Source of the DNA: an uncultured Pseudomonadota bacterium
GTDB lineage: Bacteria; Pseudomonadota; Alphaproteobacteria; JACZXZ01
Reading direction: 5' to 3'
DNA: 64,000 bases
Assembly (NCBI GenBank): GCA_963749075.1
Contig: CAVVLJ010000002.1
Location: 32,001 to 96,000, forward strand
The translations under genes and the position numbers were made by a program. Of the stretch, positions 28,857-36,867 are shown one piece after another (the stretch's first letter is position 1; the number at the start of each line of letters is the position of its first letter). The notes beneath the pieces were generated by a model. The model was not told where the DNA came from, ran no database searches, and saw nothing but the letters and a program-made list of their open reading frames with translations.

Positions 28857-29927
28857 CTAGTTTCTTTCCGTGCCGCGCGGGAGGGCTACGAGCGCCTCGG
28901 GATCGACCCGCACGGCGACCGCGGCGGCGGGCTCGAGCGCCTGCCGCTCGAGGTCGCTCGAGGCGAGCTGGGCCACCAGGCGCTCGCCCGAGCCGAGCCT
29001 GAGCGTGACCTCCGAGAGCGCCCCGAAGAAGCTCACCGCCTCGACGGTCGCCTCCATCGCATCGGCGCTCCCGAGAGCCGCCTCCCCCAGCTTGACCGCT
29101 TCCGGCCTGATGAGCAACAGCTCCGCGTCAGGCGGCAGGCGGGGGCAGGCGAAGGCAAGGCCCGAGGCGGTGACGAAGCGGCCGCGCGCGGCATCGGCGC
29201 GCCCGGCGAGGAAATTGCCGCTGCCGACGAAGGAGGCGACGAAGAGGTTGGCGGGGGCGCGATAGAGCTCCTGGGGCGTGCCGATCTGCTGGATGCGGCC
29301 GTGGTCCATCACCACGAGGCGGTCGCCCAGGCCCATGGCCTCCTCCTGGTCGTGGGTGACGAGCACCGTCGTGATGGCGAGCATGCGCTGAAGGTTGCGG
29401 ATCTCCTCGCGCACCTCGTGGCGCAGCTTGGCGTCGAGATTGCTGAGCGGCTCGTCGAGCAGCAGCACGTCGGGCCGCACGACGAGGGCGCGCGCGATGG
29501 CGACGCGCTGCTGCTGGCCGCCCGAGAGCTGGCGCGGCATGCGCGCGGCGAGCGTCTCGAGGCGGACGAGGACGAGCGCCTCCGCGACCCGGCGCGCGAG
29601 CTCGTTCCCGGCGATGCCGCGGCGGCGCAGGCCGAAGGCCACGTTCTCGAAGACCGAGAGATGGGGGAAGAGCGCGTAGTTCTGGAAGACGATGCCGAGA
29701 TTGCGGCGATAGGGCGGCCAGAGCGTCACGTCGCGCCCGCCGATCGAGACGCGGCCCGTGCTCGCCTCGACGAGGCCGGCGATGAGGCGGAGCGTCGTGG
29801 TCTTGCCGCAGCCCGAGGGGCCGAGCAGCACCGCGAGCTCGCCCTCGGCGATCGCCAGATCGATGCCGTCGACCGCCGCCACCTCGCCGTAGCGCTTGGA
29901 GAGCCCCTCGAGCTCGACGACGGCCAT
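28857..29927 (-). CDS. ABC ATP-binding protein, PotA-like
   Basis: [39 protein letters not shown] at 29927. Confidence 0.95.
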   Translation of the reverse strand: MAVVELEGLSKRYGEVAAVDGIDLAIAEGELAVLLGPSGCGKTTTLRLIAGLVEASTGRVSIGGRDVTLWPPYRRNLGIVFQNYALFPHLSVFENVAFGLRRRGIAGNELARRVAEALVLVRLETLAARMPRQLSGGQQQRVAIARALVVRPDVLLLDEPLSNLDAKLRHEVREEIRNLQRMLAITTVLVTHDQEEAMGLGDRLVVMDHGRIQQIGTPQELYRAPANLFVASFVGSGNFLAGRADAARGRFVTASGLAFACPRLPPDAELLLIRPEAVKLGEAALGSADAMEATVEAVSFFGALSEVTLRLGSGERLVAQLASSDLERQALEPAAAVAVRVDPEALVALPRGTERN

Positions 29928-29928
29928 C

Positions 29929-30754
29929 CTAGACCACCCTGGTGAGCGGCAGGAAGCGGTTGGTGACGAGGAGGCCGCCGCCCACGATGGCGATCTGCAC
30001 CACCGACACGGCGGCGATCGTGGGGTCGATCTTCCACTCGAGATACTGGAGGATGGCGATGGGCAGCGTGGTCTCGCCGGGGGCGACGAGGAAGAGCGAG
30101 AATCTCGAGATTGCCGAAGCTGATCACGAAGCTCAGGAGCGCCGCCGCCACGAGGCCGGGCCAGATCGCCGGCAGCGTCACCTTGAGCGCCGTCACGAGG
30201 CGCGTGGCGCCGAGACTCAAAGCCGCGTCCTCGATGGCGGGATCGAGGCCCTGCAGGTTGGCGGCGACGATGCGCAGGCACCAGGGGATGGTGAGCAGCA
30301 CGTGGGCCGCGGCGAGGCCCACGACCGAGCCCACGAGCGGCAGGCCGGTCAGGATCTCGGTCTCGACGAAGAAGAGATAGAGCCCGGCGCCGATGACGAT
30401 CGCCGGCACGATGATGGGGGACATGAGGAGCTGGAGGATGGCCTCGCGGCCGCGGAAGGGAGCCCGCGTGAGCGCGAGTGCCGCCGGCACGCTCGCCGCG
30501 AGCCCGAGGGCGGTCGCGAGGAGGGCCACCTCGAGGCTCGTCACGAAGCCGTCGACGAACTGCCGCTCGCCCAAGAGCCCGGAGTACCAGCGCAGCGAAT
30601 AGCCCGACGGCGGCAGCGCCGGGATGGCACCCTCGAAGAAGCTCAACCAGACGACGAGGACGATGGGGAGGAGGATGAAGACATAGGCGCCGTAGGCGGC
30701 AAAGCCGAAGGCAAGCCGCGCAAGCCGCGCCGCGATCCGCCCGTCCCGCACCAT
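29929..30754 (-). CDS. ABC permease, PotC-like (frameshifted at ~30101)
   Basis: SLRWY, IEDAALSLGA. Deleting one base at 30101-30102 restores FGNLEISLFLVAPGETTLPIAILQYLEWKIDP... and a stop at 29929. Confidence 0.88.
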
Positions 30755-30906
30755 CCCCTCGAATCCTCCCGAGCGCGAATTATCTCAGAAGCGTATCCTT
30801 CTCCCTGCCCTCCCCCTCAATGGGCTTTGCACAAGAAGTCTCCGATTTGAGGGGGTTTTTGTGCGAGTGAGGATTTTGGACAAAAAGCCATTTGAATGTG
30901 GCGTTC

Positions 30907-32247
30907 TTATATGGCGGTAAATGTTCCGATTCCGGTATCAAATTCGTCGTCGAGTTCTTCACGTTCTAACCGATGATGGTTGACCAGAAGAGTACGGATC
31001 GTCATTTCGGAAACTTTGAAAGGGTTGGCAACCTCCAACTGGTTTTCTGGCGAATAATCGCCCTCCAGCATCGTGTCTATGGCTTCGAACGGGCTCAGGA
31101 ATTCCGCGGCGAATGACCGTTGCATTTTTTGCCTATAGGTGTATGCGCGCGTCGCCGGGAAGAGCCTTCCACCAACTGGGGCAACAACGCGGTCGCTCAA
31201 GAGCCGCGCCAAATCGAAGCGTCGACCAGTCTCCCATTTCGATCTCAAAACCACTCGGCTCGTGGATACTCCGTTGTCAAGCGCATAAGAAATATTGGGA
31301 CCGCGAGTTGGTTCTGAGAGCGCCCGAGACTCGACGCCTACAAGTTGCGCCAAACTTTTGTTGCTGATCGGCTCTGTTCCCAGTCGTGTCTGTTCGCGAA
31401 GCACTTTGGCTGCTTCCGATCCCAGCAACCATGCTGGCGCATCTCCAGCTTTGGGCAAACCCGACCCGGCCGACAGATGGACGGCATCTCTCGGCGATGC
31501 GTCAAAACCGATGCTCGCCGCCGTCGCGCGTAATGTGGCGGCGGTCAATAGTTCTCCGCCTTGTGCATGATCAGCCGCGATCTCATTCATCGCAGGCTGG
31601 CCAAGTGTTTGAGCGTCCAATACCAGGCGCTCAAGCGCAAACTCGGCGGCCCTATCAGGATCGCACCCGAGAAGCGCCTCAAGTTTGCGGCGCGTTGCCG
31701 TCTCAGGATCGCGTCTTTCCTCACTGATGTTATGCCAAATCCGATCCAGATTGGTTTCCGCTATCTCTTCGGCTCGCAATTGGCCCTGAACCTGCTCCAT
31801 GAAGTGGCTTACCGCGTTCTCGAATTCACGCGCACCCACAACCGCGCCAATATTGCTCAGATAGCGGTAGTTTGTGTTCGGCCGCTCGGAGGCAGGCTTA
31901 GCGACTAACGCAATGCGTTCGCCGTCGGAATAAATCGTGATGTTCGGCCAAACGTAACCTCCTCCAATCGTACTCATGCAATGGGCGAACGCCCAGTCGG
32001 GAGCCTTCGAACGCGGTTCCCAGCGTAGGCGCCACCAATTCCACGCCATCCACTCCGCTAAGTGATAAGCCGATAACATAGGCGCGGCGCGAATTCGGTT
32101 GACGATTGAATCCCGAGCCTCGGTCAGCCATGTGCTGCCGTATTCGATACCAAGCGCCGCGAAGCATGCCCGCTCTTCCGGCGAGCCCTCTTCCAGCTCC
32201 TCCCAATCCGCCGTAATCTTCAGCTTGCTCGGCATCGTTTCATTCAT
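30907..32247 (-). CDS. Hypothetical protein with degenerate IrrE/ImmA (Peptidase_M78-like) C-terminal domain and HTH
   Basis: RRFDLARLLSD sits where RFTLAHELGH is expected, followed by FAAEFLSP and VANPFKVSEMTIRTLL. Lower GC than flanks. Alternative start 32235. Confidence 0.7.
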   Translation of the reverse strand: MNETMPSKLKITADWEELEEGSPEERACFAALGIEYGSTWLTEARDSIVNRIRAAPMLSAYHLAEWMAWNWWRLRWEPRSKAPDWAFAHCMSTIGGGYVWPNITIYSDGERIALVAKPASERPNTNYRYLSNIGAVVGAREFENAVSHFMEQVQGQLRAEEIAETNLDRIWHNISEERRDPETATRRKLEALLGCDPDRAAEFALERLVLDAQTLGQPAMNEIAADHAQGGELLTAATLRATAASIGFDASPRDAVHLSAGSGLPKAGDAPAWLLGSEAAKVLREQTRLGTEPISNKSLAQLVGVESRALSEPTRGPNISYALDNGVSTSRVVLRSKWETGRRFDLARLLSDRVVAPVGGRLFPATRAYTYRQKMQRSFAAEFLSPFEAIDTMLEGDYSPENQLEVANPFKVSEMTIRTLLVNHHRLEREELDDEFDTGIGTFTAI

Positions 32248-32648
32248 TCCTTGAAAACTGCGCCGCGCATATTGTCCTCTTCTTCGAGGAGATATCCATG
32301 ATAGTTTGGGCCGCTAGGTTTAGCTTCGTAAACTTTGCGCCCGGCATCAACGCTCCAAACAAAATCCGGCATGTCGCCGCGCCGGAGATCGCTGAACATT
32401 CCCATCAGCAACCCTTGGCGAAACAATTCTCGTGCCTCGTCGAGCAAGATAATCCTGTAGCCATCGCAAATCGATTTCCAGGGCCGCGGGCTTACGGGTG
32501 GTTGGAAGCCATAATCGCCTGGGCTCCTTTTGTGATGGCCACTCCCAACATAGACTAACCTTTCGGCGAGCCGCGCGCGCGTAGCGTCGTCGTACTTGTC
32601 GAATGAGGCTATTCGGCGCTTTGGATCGTTGCCCTGTCTTGCTCTCAT
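32244..32648 (-). CDS. Hypothetical 134-aa protein, translationally coupled to the downstream gene
   Basis: ATGA overlap with the 446-aa gene; motif-like YVGSGHHK, KSICD, VWSV, YEAK, YHGY. Confidence 0.7.
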   Translation of the reverse strand: MRARQGNDPKRRIASFDKYDDATRARLAERLVYVGSGHHKRSPGDYGFQPPVSPRPWKSICDGYRIILLDEARELFRQGLLMGMFSDLRRGDMPDFVWSVDAGRKVYEAKPSGPNYHGYLLEEEDNMRGAVFKE

Positions 32649-32925
32649 ACCGATAGAAGGCCTGTAGACTTCAGGCGGGCGGCTGCCCAGGCAGGCAGTA
32701 TGCGTGATATGGCCCGATTGCTCAAGGTATCGTGTGGTTCGAGCACTACACCTAAATGTGGCCCGCGCCGCAATCGACCTCCCAATTCACCCCGAGTATG
32801 TGGCGGAAGCGCGGCCATAATACGATGCACACAGCGGGCGGGGGCGAAGCAAAGGATCCGTTTCGCTCGTTGGACAAATGAGGCCCTGGCTTCCTCGGGA
32901 CGTGCAATTCCATCAACGCCATGCT

Positions 32926-34170
32926 CTAGCCGCCGAGCAGGTTCTTGTAGAAGCGCCCGCCCTTCATGATGGCGGCGAGACGCGGGCCGCCGTCCTGGAA
33001 GAGGGCGATGTCCTTATAAGGGTCACCCTCGACCACGAGCAGGTCGGCGAAGGCGCCCGCCACGAGCTCGCCAAGCTGGCCCTCGCGCTTGAGGATGCGC
33101 GCGTTCACCAGGGTGGCCGAGCGGATGATCTCCTGCGGGCTCATCGCCTCGCGGCGGATGACGAACTCGCGGCACTGGTCGTTCTGCAGCTGGCCCAGGA
33201 GATCGCTGCCGAAGCCGATGGGCACCCCCGCCGCGCGCGCGAGCTCGAGCGAGTTGAGGCCGGCGGCGAGCACGATGTCGTTCTTGGCGAGGCTGTAGTC
33301 CGAGAGGCCGTAGTCCTTGCCGCGGCGGCGGAGCGCGTCGTAGGCGACGAGGGTGGGTACGAGGTAAGCGCCGCGCGCGGCCATGAGGGCGATGCCCTCC
33401 GCATCGATCAGGTTGCCGTGCTCGATGGTGCGCACGCCTGAGCCGACCGCGCGCTTGATCGCCTCGGCCGAATAGGCGTGCGCCGCCACGTAAGCGCCCC
33501 AGCGTACAGCCTCCTCGCAGGCCGCCTCGATCTCGTCGACGCGGAACTGCAGGCTCTCGAGCGGATCGCTCTGCGAGGCGACGCCGCCCGACACCATGAT
33601 CTTGATGTGGTCGGCGCCCTTCCTCAGCTCGTCGCGCGTGGCGTGGATCACCGCGGGGACGCCGTCCGCGATGCGCGCCGTATAAGAGACGCCCGAGCAG
33701 CACGGGCATTCGAAGCGGTCCTGGGTCTTGGCGCGGAAATCGCCGTGGCCGCCCGTCTGGCTGATCGCCATGCCGGCGATGAAGAGGCGCGGCGAAGGGA
33801 CGACGTCCGCCTCCGCCGCGGCCTTGATCCCGTGGTCGGCGCCGCCGGTATCGCGCACCGAGGTGAAGCCGCGCATGAGCATGTTCCGCATGCAGACCGT
33901 GCCGCGCGCCGCCAGCAGCGTCAGCGGCACGCCGGCGAGGGCGGCGATGTTGACCTCGCTCAGGAGCACGTGGATGTGGGCGTCGATGAGGCCCGGCATG
34001 AGGGTGTGCTTACCGATGTCGATGCGCGCGGCGCTCGCGGCCTTGATCGGGCGGTCGGAAACCTCCTTGACGCGCTCGCCCTCGACGAGGAGCTCGATGC
34101 CGTCCATGAGCTCGTCCCGCCGCGGGTCGAGAAAGCGTCCGCCGTGGAATACATACGAGGCCATCTTCAT
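32926..34170 (-). CDS. Metal-dependent amidohydrolase (prolidase-like subtype)
   Basis: PGLIDAHIH, GFTSVRD, TGGHGD, IKIMVSGG, AAHAY, IEHG, FGSD. Confidence 0.93.
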   Translation of the reverse strand: MKMASYVFHGGRFLDPRRDELMDGIELLVEGERVKEVSDRPIKAASAARIDIGKHTLMPGLIDAHIHVLLSEVNIAALAGVPLTLLAARGTVCMRNMLMRGFTSVRDTGGADHGIKAAAEADVVPSPRLFIAGMAISQTGGHGDFRAKTQDRFECPCCSGVSYTARIADGVPAVIHATRDELRKGADHIKIMVSGGVASQSDPLESLQFRVDEIEAACEEAVRWGAYVAAHAYSAEAIKRAVGSGVRTIEHGNLIDAEGIALMAARGAYLVPTLVAYDALRRRGKDYGLSDYSLAKNDIVLAAGLNSLELARAAGVPIGFGSDLLGQLQNDQCREFVIRREAMSPQEIIRSATLVNARILKREGQLGELVAGAFADLLVVEGDPYKDIALFQDGGPRLAAIMKGGRFYKNLLGG

Positions 34171-34198
34171 CCCCTCTCCGCGCTTGCCGCTCGAGCGC

Positions 34199-34291
34199 TG
34201 TCGTCACACCCGCGAAAGCGGGTGTCCACAAGGCTCAGACAACGCGCCGCTTTGGCGGCCCTGGATGCCCGCTTTCGCGGGCATGACGACA
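34199..34291. repeat. REP-like doublet, family B (GTCA..CCCGCGAAAGCGGG..TCCA / TGGA..CCCGCTTTCGCGGG..TGAC)
   Basis: Two inverted ~28-nt hairpins separated by a spacer; intergenic. Confidence 0.85.
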
Positions 34292-34351
34292 ACATAAACG
34301 AATTGCGTTTTCCAGCGAGTCCTTATCCGCTTACCTTCCGCTCCTCAAGGC

Positions 34352-35548
34352 TCAAGCACCCGGAGACGCGCTCCTCCCCGGCACCAGCGAGAAGCGCTCG
34401 TCGGCGGCGAGGCACTCGGCTTCGGGCAGGCCGAGCTCCTTGCGCACGATGTTGGTGCCGAGCACCATCGAGACCATCTTGTAGGCGGCGTGGCGCCGGC
34501 TCATGCCCTCGCGGCCCATGCCGCAGTCGGAGGAGACGATGAGGCGCTCGGGCGGGATGTGCTTGAGCGCCTCGCGGATGAGGGCCGCCACCTCATCCGG
34601 CCGCTCGACCTGCAGCGTGTGGTGGTCGATGACGCCGATCACCACTTTTTTCCCCTTGATGACCTCCCCGATCGCCTTGAGGTCGCCGGGCCCGGAGGAG
34701 CAGGTCTCGAAGGTGACGGCGTCGGCATCGAGCGCATCGAGTGCCGCGAGCGTCGGCTTGTAGCTCTGGATCTCCTTGAAGATGCGCTGCTGGGAAGGGT
34801 TGCCCCAGCAGGTGTGGCACCACACCTCGGTCTTGGCCCGGAGGCCCTTCACCGTGTTGTTGAAGATCTCGACGAGCTCGCTTGTGCCGAGGCGGCCGAA
34901 GGTCTTGCCGCGCGCCGGCACCATGTGGATCTGCGGCTCCTCCAGCTGGACGACGGGGCAGCCGGCGTCGGCGAGCTCGTGGAGTTCCGCGTTGAGCGCC
35001 TCGCTGAACGCCCAGGTGCAGGCGACCGGGTCCTTGTAATGCTCGTCCACGACCGAGGCGGCGAGGAGCTCGGGCAGGATGGTGCCGAACTTGACCGGCT
35101 TCCGCGTGAGGCGCTGCGCCACCTTCCACATGGCGGCGTATTGCAGCTCGCCGCGGCCGATGGGGCCCGTGACCTTGGGCAGCACGCGCGCCTCGAGGAA
35201 ATCGTGGAGGATGTGGCCGCGCGGGTGCGCGGCAGCTGCCACGTTGTAGACGGTCGGCCGGAGGGATGCCGAGAGGCCGCTCATGTGGGTGAGCGGGTAG
35301 CTCATCCAGCTCATGCCGCCGACCTCCTCGTCGAAATGCGCGTCGCCGTCCGTGCAGATGTCGAGGCCGGCCGTCTCCTCTGCGCGCAAGTAGACGGAGA
35401 CCGCGTCTTCGTACTGCTCGCGGTAGCGCGCATGGGCCATGGCGGCGAGGAAGCTCTGCCGCCCCAGGACCGCCGTGTACCACGCGGGCCGCGGCAGCGA
35501 GCCGATGATCGAAGTCGGCAGCATGACGTTCGCTGAGGCTTTGTACAT
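34352..35548 (-). CDS. Cobalamin-independent methionine synthase II family (single-barrel MetE-like) protein
   Basis: IGSLPRP, GLDICTDG, QLEEP, Zn ligands HTCWGN, FE and DCG, GVID. GGAGG before ATG 35548. Confidence 0.9.
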   Translation of the reverse strand: MYKASANVMLPTSIIGSLPRPAWYTAVLGRQSFLAAMAHARYREQYEDAVSVYLRAEETAGLDICTDGDAHFDEEVGGMSWMSYPLTHMSGLSASLRPTVYNVAAAAHPRGHILHDFLEARVLPKVTGPIGRGELQYAAMWKVAQRLTRKPVKFGTILPELLAASVVDEHYKDPVACTWAFSEALNAELHELADAGCPVVQLEEPQIHMVPARGKTFGRLGTSELVEIFNNTVKGLRAKTEVWCHTCWGNPSQQRIFKEIQSYKPTLAALDALDADAVTFETCSSGPGDLKAIGEVIKGKKVVIGVIDHHTLQVERPDEVAALIREALKHIPPERLIVSSDCGMGREGMSRRHAAYKMVSMVLGTNIVRKELGLPEAECLAADERFSLVPGRSASPGA

Positions 35549-35613
35549 CGTCCTCCCCTCCCGTGGTTTGCGCAGCTGTTGTGGCGAAAAGGCACGGGAG
35601 GCGTCAAGGCATC

Positions 35614-35639
35614 CCCTCTCCTCCTGAAGGAGGAGAGGG
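35614..35639. repeat. Family A-like hairpin CCCTCTCCTCCT-GA-AGGAGGAGAGGG
   Basis: Perfect stem in an intergenic region. Confidence 0.6.
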
Positions 35640-35767
35640 AGAACCAGAGCGTGGCCACACGTCGTCGCAATAGCGCCTCGGCAAATAGCGCCTCGGCCAT
35701 GGCGGCGATCCCCTAATCGTTGTATCGTACGACCGCCATTCAGCGTGGCCGATTGGGGGAGGCACAC

Positions 35768-36058
35768 ATGCAGTTCATCCTGTCGCTCAGCTTCACCGAC
35801 CAGGGCATTCGCACCATCAAGGATGCGCCGAAGCGCGTGAAGGGCGCGCGCGAGCTCGCGAAGAAATTCGAGATCAAGATCAAGGACATCTATCTCACCA
35901 CGGGCGAGAGCGACCTTGTCTCCATCTTGGAGACCGCGAGCGGCGACAACGTCGCCAAATTCGCGCTCGCACTCGGCGCGCGGGGCAACGTGAAGACGCG
36001 CATCGCGAGAGCCTGGACAGAGGCCGAATATCTCAAGATGGTCGCCGAGCTGCCCTGA
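35768..36058 (+). CDS. GYD-domain protein
   Basis: FTDQGIRTIKDAPKR, YLTTGESDLV, GNVKT. GGAGG upstream. Confidence 0.9.
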   Translation: MQFILSLSFTDQGIRTIKDAPKRVKGARELAKKFEIKIKDIYLTTGESDLVSILETASGDNVAKFALALGARGNVKTRIARAWTEAEYLKMVAELP

Positions 36059-36062
36059 AGGC

Positions 36063-36839
36063 TTACGCCTGCGGACCGCCGGTCACCGGTAACACCTGCC
36101 CGGTGATCCAGGCGGCGTAGGGCGAGGCGAGGAAGAGCACGGCATAGGCGATGTCCGCGGGCTCGCCGATGCGGCGCATGGCGATGCGGCCCAAGAGCGC
36201 CTGCTGGCCGGCGGGGCCGTAGGACTGCCATTGCCGCTCGTAGTCCGGGCTCGTGCGCATGAAGCCCGGCGCCACCGCATTGACGGTGATGCCGAAGGGG
36301 CCGAGCTCGTGGGCGAGCTGGCGCACGAAGCCGAGCTGCGCCGCCTTGGCGGTGGCGTAGCTCTGGATGTTGGTCAAGCTGACGCCGAGCCCGGCGCGGC
36401 TCGAGATGACCACGATGCGCCCGGCGCCCGCGCGCTTCATGCCGGGTGTCACCGCCTGCGCCGCGAGGAAGGCGCCCGTCATGTTGGCGTCGTAGATCTC
36501 GCGCCAGGCCTCCTCGCTCACCTCCTCGATCGGCAGCGCCTTCTGGCCGCGCACGCCGCCCGCCACATGGACGAGCACGTCGACGGCGCCGCCTCCGGCT
36601 TCCGCCTCTGCGATGAAGTCCACGACCGCCTTGCGGTCCGTCACGTCGACGGTGCGCACAGCCAGAGAGCCGCCCCGCGCCGGCTTCGCCTTGGCCCCGA
36701 GCTCGGCAAGCTCGGCCGCCAGGAGATCGCAAGCCCAGACCTTGGCACCGCGCTCCACGAAGGCCATGGCGATCGCCTGGCCCATGCCGCGCGCCGCACC
36801 GGTCACCACGACCGTCTTGCCTTCGAAGGAGATCTCCAA
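36063..36839 (-). CDS. SDR-family oxidoreductase
   Basis: TGAARGMG, YATAK, VNAVAPG, ITGQVL.VTGG. TTG start. Confidence 0.93.
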   Translation of the reverse strand: MEISFEGKTVVVTGAARGMGQAIAMAFVERGAKVWACDLLAAELAELGAKAKPARGGSLAVRTVDVTDRKAVVDFIAEAEAGGGAVDVLVHVAGGVRGQKALPIEEVSEEAWREIYDANMTGAFLAAQAVTPGMKRAGAGRIVVISSRAGLGVSLTNIQSYATAKAAQLGFVRQLAHELGPFGITVNAVAPGFMRTSPDYERQWQSYGPAGQQALLGRIAMRRIGEPADIAYAVLFLASPYAAWITGQVLPVTGGPQA

Positions 36840-36867
36840 GGCTGGTTCTCCGCGAAACCGCGGCGCG

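Noticed and set aside
35549-35767. Possible SAM riboswitch before the MetE-like gene; tandem AATAGCGCCTCGGC at 35669-35697
   Set aside because: No SAM-II/SAM-SAH consensus seen; the two-copy repeat looks like a local duplication.
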